From positions 1-64,000 of IMG/VR virus record IMGVR_UViG_3300023202_000383: DNA of 64,000 bases; one strand, written 5' to 3'. Shown in pieces: positions 27,916 to 36,777 of the stretch (the first letter of the stretch is position 1; every line of letters starts with the position of its first letter). Below the pieces are notes generated by a model. It saw only the letters and a program-made list of their open reading frames with translations, did no database searches and was not told the DNA's origin. Made by a program: the position numbers and the translations under genes.

Positions 27916-28238
27916 TTAGGCTGAAAGCTATAGAACTCGTTGAAGCAAGAAATGCTTTTGAACCATATTTAAGTAGGCAATTGCCGTATGGTTTGTCTAA
28001 AAGAATGGGCAATATTGTAGCTGAACTTGACAAGCATATTTTAAGGTTAAAATCGCATCGCCTTGCTATGGCCGATAAATATAAAGAACTTGACGACCCT
28101 GAAGGATTTAATAAGAAGTCAATAGAATTAATGATGTCAGACGTAAAATTAGACGTTGATAAGATTCCTGAAGAACTTATTGATAAAGTAGAAGTCAGAC
28201 CATCAGATATGAAATATCTTTCGCTGTTTGTTGAATGA
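27912..28238 (+). CDS. hypothetical helical protein
   Basis: Overlapping, operon-packed ORF. Confidence 0.55.
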   Translation: MIRLKAIELVEARNAFEPYLSRQLPYGLSKRMGNIVAELDKHILRLKSHRLAMADKYKELDDPEGFNKKSIELMMSDVKLDVDKIPEELIDKVEVRPSDMKYLSLFVE

Positions 28239-28293
28239 TTAATTCTTTAACAAATATATTATGAAAGATTAACTCTAATGAAAGAGATATCTG

Positions 28294-28992
28294 ATGTCTA
28301 AAACTTTTTATGAAGCAATTATCGCGCAGGGTGGCTTTGCTGGGCAGGTATTTGATGTTGCTGCTGGTCCTGCCAACACCGATGTGATTGATGCTCTTTT
28401 GAGTGCCAGCGATGGTGTTCTTACGGAGAATGCTCCAGTCAATATGATATCAACCGGTGCTCTCTCTGCTGGAGCTGGTACTGATGGTATTGTTGACCTT
28501 GATATTACTGCGTTGGAGCAGGAAGGTCGCTGGTTCTGGCTTTCTGTTAGAAACAGTGATATCGGAACAATTAGCTTAACTGTTACTTCTACCACAGATA
28601 TTAATGGTGGCGGTGCCACCTTAACTATCAGTAGTGCTCAGGACCTGTTGTTTGTTCATGAATCTGGAGGCACTTGGAGAGCTTATCGCCAAGAACTTAG
28701 CACAGCCCCAACAAATGCTAAGATTTTCCGCGATACATTTGCTGCTAGTGATTGGTCTGGTGGGCCTACTAACTCTATTACAGTAATACAAACTGGCGCT
28801 CCTGGTGCTGGTGAAATCGGGCCTCATGGATTAGCTATTGCTAGTTCTTATGCTGTTCAGGTATATCGAGATTCAGACGATGAGCTTGTGGATCTTGGTA
28901 CAGTAGTAGATGGTGGCACCGGTGATATCACCTTGACTAAAACTGGCCTTGGTACTAATTTTGATGGTCGTGTGATTGTCGTTGGTGACTAA
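28294..28992 (+). CDS. putative virion/fibre protein
   Basis: G/T/A-rich beta-type sequence; PGAGEIGPHGL...FDGRVIV module. Confidence 0.6.
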   Translation: MSKTFYEAIIAQGGFAGQVFDVAAGPANTDVIDALLSASDGVLTENAPVNMISTGALSAGAGTDGIVDLDITALEQEGRWFWLSVRNSDIGTISLTVTSTTDINGGGATLTISSAQDLLFVHESGGTWRAYRQELSTAPTNAKIFRDTFAASDWSGGPTNSITVIQTGAPGAGEIGPHGLAIASSYAVQVYRDSDDELVDLGTVVDGGTGDITLTKTGLGTNFDGRVIVVGD

Positions 28993-29013
28993 AACTTATG
29001 AGGGGGGCTGGCG

Positions 29014-29205
29014 ATGGACGCCGACAAAGTATATAAAGATCTAAAGGATGAAGCTAATGCTCTCATTGGTCGCGAGAGAGAGCTGGAGAGTAGGATAGAA
29101 GCTGTCAAAACTTTGAGAAGCAATAACAGAGATCGAAGAGTTAGGATTGAGAAGCTTGAGGCTCAGCTTGCGGAATTAATGGATGACGTTCTTGATAACA
29201 AATAA
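29014..29205 (+). CDS. small coiled-coil protein
   Basis: GAGGGG RBS; heptad pattern. Confidence 0.6.
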   Translation: MDADKVYKDLKDEANALIGRERELESRIEAVKTLRSNNRDRRVRIEKLEAQLAELMDDVLDNK

Positions 29206-29232
29206 GAAATAAACGCTGGTTTATAAAGTGGT

Positions 29233-29991
29233 ATGGCTAGAGAGTTCTTTGATACTGTTGCTACTAAAGCTGGTTTGGCTGGCGAATATGAAGAACTAAT
29301 TGAGTCTGAATTCGCCGCCTCGGCTGGACCAGCGTATACGCCCGGCGAAGATGGAATTTTTAGGGTAGTTGCCTCTAGGACAATTCAGTTATTGAAGGGT
29401 AGTCCAATCTATGTGGAGACTTTTCAGGACTCTGCTGCCACCCTACGAGTTCCGTCTGGGCTAATAGCAAGCAATGATGCCAACGATGGTAGATTTTATT
29501 TTGTCAAGAACAGCGGAATTGGGAATGTTGCATTACAAGATCACTTAGGTGGATCTTTGGCGGCAATCCGTAAAGGTCAATTTGTTGTTGCCCTACATGG
29601 AGATGATGATAATTGGGATGCTTCTGGGTTGCTTAGTTCCGACGCCGTCGTCGAAGTCAAGAACACGTTGACGACCACGGACACACTGCTGAACACGATC
29701 GCCACGATCGACGTCGACCCCAGCACCGTACACCATCTGGACGTGACGATCACGGCGCGGGAGGGCGACAATAATAGAGGGTCGTTCGTGCGTAAGGCCA
29801 CGATTTACCGTAATTCGACGGGCGGGGCAGCAATCGAGAATAACGTAATCGTGGTATTTGACGAGAGCAGCAGCGGTAACTTTAAGATAGCTGTCGTGGC
29901 GAGCGGCAACAGCATACTCATTCAGGTTCAGGATGAGCAGGGGCAAACGGTGAACTGGACCAGTTGGCACAAACTCTACTCACAGGCGTGA
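29233..29991 (+). CDS. putative fibre/structural protein, chimeric (AT-rich 5' half, GC-rich 3' half)
   Basis: Codon composition switches abruptly near 29640 with no break in frame. Confidence 0.65.
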   Translation: MAREFFDTVATKAGLAGEYEELIESEFAASAGPAYTPGEDGIFRVVASRTIQLLKGSPIYVETFQDSAATLRVPSGLIASNDANDGRFYFVKNSGIGNVALQDHLGGSLAAIRKGQFVVALHGDDDNWDASGLLSSDAVVEVKNTLTTTDTLLNTIATIDVDPSTVHHLDVTITAREGDNNRGSFVRKATIYRNSTGGAAIENNVIVVFDESSSGNFKIAVVASGNSILIQVQDEQGQTVNWTSWHKLYSQA

Positions 29992-29992
29992 C

Positions 29993-30634
29993 ATGATTAC
30001 CGGCATCACACAATTCGGGTTGGAGGGGCGTGTAGCAACGGTGGATCACGACCCGGCTATCGTGTCGACCGATGTCCCCGCAGGTTCGATTATCCTGTCG
30101 ACCTCCACAGGATTGCTCTACCGAAAACTCACCGGCGGCAGCAACACGGATGTGTTGCCGATGACCGCTTCCAGTCAGCCGTTCGATTGGGACAGCGGGG
30201 CGTCGGCGGTCGCGGCGGTCGTCGCGGCCGGGATGCTGTCGCTCGAATTGCTTGCCGATACCGACTCGAAGGTAGTCGGCGGCGACGTTGCCCCGCTGCA
30301 CGTCGACCTCGATCAGGCGTTGGAGCTTGACGTCAAGATCGTCACCCTCAGCTTGGGCGACGCGTCGGCCGACGCGCACCTGCGGCTGACGGCCCGCTAC
30401 GTGGGGTTGGGCGAGGCGGCGGACAAGACGCCCGACGAGACGATCGACCACATCTTTGAAGTCGCCAACGTAGATAAGTGCGTGCACGCCGTGACGTTCA
30501 CACTGGACCCGTCGCTTATCTCCCCCGAAGACCTGCTAAACCTGGAGCTGTCGCGGCTGGGCACGTCAGCGAGTGACGTGTTTACCGGCTCCATCGGCGT
30601 TGCCGAGAGGTCGCTGCTGAGGTTCTTTAACTGA
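29993..30634 (+). CDS. putative structural (beta-rich) protein in GC island
   Basis: Coupled to neighbours; high GC3. Confidence 0.65.
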   Translation: MITGITQFGLEGRVATVDHDPAIVSTDVPAGSIILSTSTGLLYRKLTGGSNTDVLPMTASSQPFDWDSGASAVAAVVAAGMLSLELLADTDSKVVGGDVAPLHVDLDQALELDVKIVTLSLGDASADAHLRLTARYVGLGEAADKTPDETIDHIFEVANVDKCVHAVTFTLDPSLISPEDLLNLELSRLGTSASDVFTGSIGVAERSLLRFFN

Positions 30635-31164
30635 TGGCAAGCACGTACGAACTGATACTGTTCCGCGAGGAGACCCGAGACGACGGGAAGGTGGCGTTGC
30701 TGCGTATCCCGTTGGTGGCCGGTGCGGGGATCGACCTCGACGCGGTGATCGGGGAGGTATCCGCCGGTAGCGGTGTGAGCGTGCAGGAGGGATACGCCGA
30801 GAGCGAAGGGACCAGTTCGACGACCAGCACCAACTTTCAGCAAAAGCTCCGCGCCAGCTTGACGGGTCTAGACGCCGGTACGTATGAGGTGGCGTGGTCT
30901 TGTGAGGTGTTGCCCGGCAAAAACAATCTGGCTGCCCGCGTGCGGGTTCAAGTGGATGACACGACGACGCTAAACAGCCCTGACCCGGTCCTCAATCGAG
31001 ACAATAGCGGGGGCAACGTGAAGGGCTGGATGCCTCTCAGTGGGTTCCGTCAATTGGCATTGAGCGCCGGGGATCATGACTTCGACATCGACTTTGCTTC
31101 ACCTCAGAACGGAAAGTCAGTAGATATCCGGTTTGCGCGTATCAAAATAGCGAGGACAAATTAA
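30634..31164 (+). CDS. putative structural/fibre-tip protein in GC island
   Basis: TGATG coupling; beta-sandwich-like composition. Confidence 0.65.
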   Translation: MASTYELILFREETRDDGKVALLRIPLVAGAGIDLDAVIGEVSAGSGVSVQEGYAESEGTSSTTSTNFQQKLRASLTGLDAGTYEVAWSCEVLPGKNNLAARVRVQVDDTTTLNSPDPVLNRDNSGGNVKGWMPLSGFRQLALSAGDHDFDIDFASPQNGKSVDIRFARIKIARTN

Positions 31165-32106
31165 GTGGCCGAGCAAGCATACACGTACAGCATCGCCAGC
31201 GACTTCCCGTCGGGCGCGGTCAACACGCAGAAGCTGCACGACGAGGTCGTGGCCGACACGGCGATCACGACGCAGCTCGACCGCATCGACACCGACGGCG
31301 ACGGCTTGTCAATCGTGTTTCAGGCGGCGCTGTCGGCGGCGGAGAAGACGGCGCTGGACGGCGACACGACCGGACCGGCCGGGGGGCTGATCGCGCAGCA
31401 CGACAACAGCGCGTCCGCCCCCGACTACGGGAAGATGCAGATCGACGGGATCTCCCCGGACGCCAACGGCTCGCTGCCGCAGGCCCCGATCATCTCCACG
31501 CCGGGCCACCGGCTCAACGACCGCGACGTGCTGGTGCGGGTGGGCGAGTTCGACAACCCGTTCGAGGACCTGCGGGTCAACCCCGACGACAACAAGGAAG
31601 TGGCGTGGGGCGAGGTCACGTGCGACCCGGCCGACACCGATCCGGCGAACAAGACCGGGGTATTCAAGCTCGACGGCAACGGCGACTGGGTCCGCTGCAC
31701 CGACCAGACCGACGCGGCCGCCAACGCCGGGCTCACGGTCCTGGAGTACCAGGCCCGGCAGGGCGGCGTGGCCGGGGGCGATGCGCTCAAGTACGACGTG
31801 CGGGGCGGGACGCTGTGGGTCGACTCCAACGTGCCGGACGACGGCGACCGCTGGTCGCACCGCGTCTATTCGGTCGGTGCCCCGGACCTGTCGGCCGTCC
31901 TCGGCGGCCGGGTGCCGTTCTTCGACGGTTACCTGTTTCCCTATCGCAACAACTGGATGCAGACGCTCAATCCCGTGGCGTTCCCGATGGATCCGTCGGC
32001 GTCGGCGGCGGCGAGCATCGTCCGCGTGTGGTTCTATTACAAGGCGGGCACGGCGTACGAGCACGTGCTGCGGTTCCACCTGTACCGACCGACCGGAAGC
32101 TGGTAG
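31165..32106 (+). CDS. putative structural protein in GC island
   Basis: GTG start directly after the upstream stop; very high GC3. Confidence 0.7.
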   Translation: MAEQAYTYSIASDFPSGAVNTQKLHDEVVADTAITTQLDRIDTDGDGLSIVFQAALSAAEKTALDGDTTGPAGGLIAQHDNSASAPDYGKMQIDGISPDANGSLPQAPIISTPGHRLNDRDVLVRVGEFDNPFEDLRVNPDDNKEVAWGEVTCDPADTDPANKTGVFKLDGNGDWVRCTDQTDAAANAGLTVLEYQARQGGVAGGDALKYDVRGGTLWVDSNVPDDGDRWSHRVYSVGAPDLSAVLGGRVPFFDGYLFPYRNNWMQTLNPVAFPMDPSASAAASIVRVWFYYKAGTAYEHVLRFHLYRPTGSW

Positions 32107-32118
32107 GGTTTCCCATTC

Positions 32119-32190
32119 ATGAAGCTAATATTCTGCCCAGACTGCCGGGACGTGTTTAAGCTAGTCCGCGATGAGCCCCGTAAATGCTGA
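32119..32190 (+). pseudogene. truncated N-terminus of a small Zn-binding protein (MKLIFCPDCRDVFKLVRDEPRKC)
   Basis: CxxC...C start that stops at the island boundary. Confidence 0.5.
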
Positions 32191-32237
32191 GATTCTTGCT
32201 ATATCGAGACCCATCTGCTTAGTATTTGGATTAAGCT

Positions 32238-32888
32238 ATGGCTGACAAGATCAGTGTGCTTATGCCAACATATAATCGTGCGCACTTGATAGGTGTGTCT
32301 ATAAAGTCTATATTGTCCCAGACCCATAAAAATGTTGTTTTGTGCATCTATGATGATGGGTCTACTGACAATACAGAAGATGTCGTAAAATCATTTGGCG
32401 ATAACAGAATCATATATCATAAATCCGGAAAGAATTCTGGGTGTCCAGTTGCTAGAAATAAACTTCTTGAGATGGCCAATACTAGGTATGCTTGTTGGCA
32501 AGATAGTGATGATATCTCAAATAAGCATAGAATAAGAGAACAATTGAAGGCTATAAAGAAGTCGAAGGCGGCTATGGTTTGGTCTACGTTTAGGTGGTTT
32601 GACAAAGATATTGGCGATTCTTGGATGGAAGAACCAAAATCGCATAGTGGTACGGCTGCCCATGCTAGCATAATGTTTGAAGTATCTAAGGCCGTGCCAT
32701 TTAGATTGGTAAAAACTTTGGGTGGAGAAGATGCTAAGTGGCGTAGAGAAATAGAATCAGTTTATGGCAGGACGTTAAAAATCCCCAAAATATTGTATTA
32801 TGTAAGAAAGCACAATGATAGGATTGGGGTATGGAAGAAGAATCCTAAAGCCAATAAAGACTGGTACAACAGGATGGTCAAAAGATGA
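32238..32888 (+). CDS. glycosyltransferase family 2
   Basis: ISVLMPTYNR, YDDGSTD, WQDSDD. Confidence 0.92.
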   Translation: MADKISVLMPTYNRAHLIGVSIKSILSQTHKNVVLCIYDDGSTDNTEDVVKSFGDNRIIYHKSGKNSGCPVARNKLLEMANTRYACWQDSDDISNKHRIREQLKAIKKSKAAMVWSTFRWFDKDIGDSWMEEPKSHSGTAAHASIMFEVSKAVPFRLVKTLGGEDAKWRREIESVYGRTLKIPKILYYVRKHNDRIGVWKKNPKANKDWYNRMVKR

Positions 32889-33529
32889 CACTAAAATATT
32901 TAGTGGTTGGGACTGGCAGATGTGGTACTGGCTATATATCAAAATCGTTTGATAAAATTGGCATCCCATGTGGGCATGAAGAAATATTTAGCTTAACTAG
33001 AGTTAAACGCATAGATAACTTAAGAGTCAAAGAAAATCTAAATAAGTCCAAAAAAGAAGCCGAGTCAAGTTGGCTAGCCGTTCCGTGGTTAGATAATTAT
33101 GTGATAATACCGGAAGATTGTAAGATCATTCATATAACTAGACATCCAAAGGATACCATAGAATCACTTTTAGACACTGGAATGTTATCTAGATATGACA
33201 ATAAATATACACAATTTGCGTTTAGAAATATGCCGAGGATGAGGCCGGAGTATGACCCTATTATAAATTGTGCTATTTGGTACGTTTGGTGGAACAGGAA
33301 AATAGAAAACACAACCAGAAATGTAATAAGGCATAAAGTAGAAGACGATATAACTAATTTGTTTGATAGAATAGGACTGCCACACAATAATAAGCTATTT
33401 AATAACACTAAATATAATAGCAGGGTATCTAAAAAGAGAAGACAAGTAGATCTCAAGGAAGAACTTAGCGGGAAACCGATATTAAAATATTTATTGAGCA
33501 TGGCAAGCGAATATGGATATGAAATGTGA
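32885..33529 (+). CDS. P-loop sulfotransferase-like protein
   Basis: VVGTGRCGTGY, GHEE, IIHITRHPKDTIES. Confidence 0.7.
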   Translation: MTLKYLVVGTGRCGTGYISKSFDKIGIPCGHEEIFSLTRVKRIDNLRVKENLNKSKKEAESSWLAVPWLDNYVIIPEDCKIIHITRHPKDTIESLLDTGMLSRYDNKYTQFAFRNMPRMRPEYDPIINCAIWYVWWNRKIENTTRNVIRHKVEDDITNLFDRIGLPHNNKLFNNTKYNSRVSKKRRQVDLKEELSGKPILKYLLSMASEYGYEM

Positions 33530-33702
33530 AAGACGTCGGCAAAGCCAAACTGGAATCAGAGAAAGCTTTAACTGAGTATCTAAAATGCCAGCAAGAACTG
33601 CTGGTAATGATCAATAAACAAATGGATCTGGGAAGAATCTACGCTGAGAAGAGAGCCGAATATTTGGCTTTGAAAGAAGATAATGAGCCAGGAATTGATT
33701 AA
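33526..33702 (+). CDS. small helical hypothetical protein (58 aa, absent from the ORF track)
   Basis: GTG overlapping the upstream TGA; open to TAA at 33702. Confidence 0.45.
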   Translation: MKDVGKAKLESEKALTEYLKCQQELLVMINKQMDLGRIYAEKRAEYLALKEDNEPGID

Positions 33703-35327
33703 GGTTTCAATATAAATTTATAATGTCCAGCATCCCACAGTCTTCTATATTTATTATTAAACATATTTTCGGCCTCGGTAAGACGCGAGTCGAAATTTTC
33801 TAGTAATTTTGATAATTTGTGTTTTTGAAAGTGTTGGCGAGAATACAATATCGATGTGTTGCCGTCTTTATAATATTTATAATTTGGCTTAGTTAAACCG
33901 CATGGTTTGAATCCTAATTTTTTATATAAATTTCCTGTCGAATATCTTGCGTCTGCATATGTTAAAATTGATTTTGGGTCATGTAATGCTATAAAATGAT
34001 TTAGTAGTTTTCCTGCTCCCCCGATAGCTGTTGAACCTATAGCTTGTGCGTATCTTATTATTTCCCATTTATATTTATGGTGCTTGGCAAAAGACATGCA
34101 TGCGACTAATTCTCCATTATATGTTAATCCAATTCTTACCGATGCATCCCGCGATCCATATATATGGTTTTCAGTCATAAATGAATCGTAATCTTTTGTG
34201 TTCAACGATATTATTTTACATTTTCTGGCGTATAATTTTGATGAATACCCAAGTTTATGATTTATTATTGATTTGACTATATTTTGTTTGTTTGACCATT
34301 CGTCCTCGTTTATTTGCAGAAGTTGTATATTGTTTTCTACGCATCTAGTATGTTTAGCTTGATGTTTAAATCTTTCGTCTTTTGATTCAGTATGGTTGTA
34401 TGAATGGTAATATAACCCATTATATTCGATAGCTACGTTATGATTTGGCAGATAGATATCGATTTCTAATGGATATATTGTCTTTCTATCGTTAATAATA
34501 TATTCAGTATTTATCGATTTTATATATTCTATTATTTCTTGGTGTGGTTTAGAAATCGAGTTAGAGCATTTAGGGCATCCGTGTCCGTTTAAATGATTAC
34601 TTACTGTTTGGGAAAAATTGCCGTGTATGATACATGTTATTGTGATTGGTTCCATGTACCCGCTGTAATTGGATTTGTCATATGAATATTTGTCGCCGTG
34701 GATCGATATTGCTCTATTTATTATATCTTCTGTTGTAGGTGTGTTTATTGCACATTTAGGGCAACCGTGGCCTTCGAGGTGCCTTCTGGTTAATTGTTTA
34801 AATTTGCCATGTTTCGGGCATTTTATTATTATGTGACTTCGATATGATTTATATATCGAATCGCTATAATCATATTTGTTATTGTGTAATTTTGATGATT
34901 TATTTATAAAATCGTCAATTGTATTACTTAAATTTTTTATTCCGCATAATTTGCACCCATACTTTCCGTAGATGTGTGATTTTGGTGTTTGTTCGAATTC
35001 GCCGTGTTCTGGGCATATTATTGTGATTTTTGTATAGCTATTGACATACTCAGATTTACTATAATCATACTTATCGCCGTGCACTAATGTTGCTTTTTCT
35101 ATAAATTTATTTAGTGGCAATTTAAGATTTTGTTTTTGTTGTTGCCTAAAACATTTTTTGCATCTTGCGCCTTTTTTGTGATTTCTAGCGCGTTGTCTAA
35201 ACTCTCCGTGTTCCGGGCATATTATTGTGACGCGTCCGCTCAATTCAATTTCTGTAACCTTTGAATAGTCATACTTGTTATTGTGTATCAGGGATGATTC
35301 ATGTATAAAGCGTTGTAATTTATTCAT
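33699..35327 (-). CDS. Hef-like free-standing endonuclease: DUF723-type Zn repeats + Vsr/EDxHD nuclease + Mom/GNAT-like domain
   Basis: Four KYDYSK...ICPxHGxFxQ...CxxC repeats; EIDIYLPNHNVAIEYNGLYYH; GGAGKLL..LTYADARYS.G.LY..LGF. Confidence 0.8.
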   Translation of the reverse strand: MNKLQRFIHESSLIHNNKYDYSKVTEIELSGRVTIICPEHGEFRQRARNHKKGARCKKCFRQQQKQNLKLPLNKFIEKATLVHGDKYDYSKSEYVNSYTKITIICPEHGEFEQTPKSHIYGKYGCKLCGIKNLSNTIDDFINKSSKLHNNKYDYSDSIYKSYRSHIIIKCPKHGKFKQLTRRHLEGHGCPKCAINTPTTEDIINRAISIHGDKYSYDKSNYSGYMEPITITCIIHGNFSQTVSNHLNGHGCPKCSNSISKPHQEIIEYIKSINTEYIINDRKTIYPLEIDIYLPNHNVAIEYNGLYYHSYNHTESKDERFKHQAKHTRCVENNIQLLQINEDEWSNKQNIVKSIINHKLGYSSKLYARKCKIISLNTKDYDSFMTENHIYGSRDASVRIGLTYNGELVACMSFAKHHKYKWEIIRYAQAIGSTAIGGAGKLLNHFIALHDPKSILTYADARYSTGNLYKKLGFKPCGLTKPNYKYYKDGNTSILYSRQHFQKHKLSKLLENFDSRLTEAENMFNNKYRRLWDAGHYKFILKP

Positions 35328-35397
35328 AATAAAATATCTTTGATTACAGATAGATCCTCTGCATTGCGTGTTGTATTTTATATACATGGTTGACATA

Positions 35398-36747
35398 ATG
35401 AAATATAATGGTCCTACAGACTTTGCTCATCTTCATGTCCATACTTTATATAGTACGCTTGATGGGGTTCAATCTCCAGAAGAATTGTTTTCTACGTGCA
35501 AAGAAAGAGGATGGAGTGCGTTAGCCGTAACCGAGCATGGGACATTGGCATCAGTCCCAGACAATTATGCGGCTGCAAAAGAATACGGCGTAAAGTATAT
35601 AGTTGCTTGCGAAATTTATTACAATGATTATGAACCGACTAGGCAAGATCTTGTTAAAGAAGATGTTAAAATTCGCAAGCTAAAAGAAACCGACCCTAAT
35701 TTTTATTATAAAATGTCTAGAAATAGGCATTTAACAGTCCTTGCTAAAAACGATAAGGGTGTGGAGAACATAATAAAATTGACCACTCAAGCGTGGGAGA
35801 CTGGATTTTATTATAGGCCGAGGATATGGTTTGATAAATTAGATGAATATAGAGAGGGTTTATTGGTATTGAGTGGATGTTTAAATGGGCCTGTTTCTCA
35901 TGAGTTAAGACATGGGAATTTAAGGTCTGATGATATGAGAGGTGCATTAGACTATATACATAAATTCAAAGAAGTATTTGGCGATGATTATTTTGTAGAA
36001 TTGCAGATGCCTTGTCTTCCTGATTTTCCTGACCACAAAGTCTTCCGTGCATTAAATCATATAGCTAACAAGTACAATATACCGAAAGTTCTTACAAATG
36101 ACGCACATTATCTAAATCGTGAAGACTTTGAAATCCAGAAATTAATGATGGCTATATCCCAGGGTTTAACTGTTGATGATCCGAATCTGTTCCATGTAAA
36201 TAGTGATGAGCAATATCTTAAAACCAGAGCAGATCTATGGCACACATTTAAGACTGGGAAAGACGGCAAATATTGTGAATATGTGACTGATAGCGAATTT
36301 GAAGATATGTGCAACAACACATTGGTAGTTGCCGGTAAATGTGATAATTTCGAACCTGATTTGTCGTCGAAGGTTCCTACATTAGATAATGACGAGCAGA
36401 TCTTAAGAACCCTTGTGTACGATAGGCTTAAGCAAGAGGGATTCGATAAAGATGAAACTAAGTACAATATAGACAATAAAGAAGTTACTTATAGAGAACA
36501 AGCCGACATAGAATTGAATAGGTTTATTGAGAAGAATTTCGCCAGCTATTTCTTGATAACCAGAGATTTGGTGCAGTATAGTTTAGATAACGGTTGGCCT
36601 GTTGGACCGCGAGGTTCAGTTGGCGGCAGTCTAGTGTGTTATTTATTGGGCATAACCGAGTTGGATCCAATAAAATGGAATTTATCGTTTAACAGGTTTT
36701 TAAGCCCCTCGCGCGGAGGAAAGATGCTAAACATTAAGGCAGAATAG
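35398..36747 (+). CDS. dnaE: DNA polymerase III alpha, fragment 1 (PHP domain + N-terminal palm)
   Basis: HLHVHTLYSTLDG, TEHG, NDAHY, YFLIT, GPRGSVGGSLV, RFLSPSR, then stop. Confidence 0.9.
   Translation: MKYNGPTDFAHLHVHTLYSTLDGVQSPEELFSTCKERGWSALAVTEHGTLASVPDNYAAAKEYGVKYIVACEIYYNDYEPTRQDLVKEDVKIRKLKETDPNFYYKMSRNRHLTVLAKNDKGVENIIKLTTQAWETGFYYRPRIWFDKLDEYREGLLVLSGCLNGPVSHELRHGNLRSDDMRGALDYIHKFKEVFGDDYFVELQMPCLPDFPDHKVFRALNHIANKYNIPKVLTNDAHYLNREDFEIQKLMMAISQGLTVDDPNLFHVNSDEQYLKTRADLWHTFKTGKDGKYCEYVTDSEFEDMCNNTLVVAGKCDNFEPDLSSKVPTLDNDEQILRTLVYDRLKQEGFDKDETKYNIDNKEVTYREQADIELNRFIEKNFASYFLITRDLVQYSLDNGWPVGPRGSVGGSLVCYLLGITELDPIKWNLSFNRFLSPSRGGKMLNIKAE
36728..36746 (+). repeat. direct repeat flanking the inserted endonuclease gene (partner at 38604-38628)
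   Basis: TAAACATTAAGGCAGAATA here; the partner reads TAAACATTAAG-ATTAAG-GCAGAATA. Confidence 0.85.
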
Positions 36748-36777
36748 GTCTAATTCAGTTATAAGCAAATATATAAT

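Larger units (their letters stand above)
29640..32190. mobile_element. GC-rich horizontally acquired structural-gene module
   Basis: Visibly G/C-dominated third codon positions against AT-rich flanks; the left edge lies inside a gene and the right edge carries a truncated ORF. Confidence 0.7.

Noticed and set aside
29577-32159. Long antisense and alternate-frame ORFs (e.g. 29918-30487, 31309-32079, 31605-32159)
   Set aside because: Expected by-products of high GC3 in the island; the plus-strand chain is translationally coupled and has coherent codon bias
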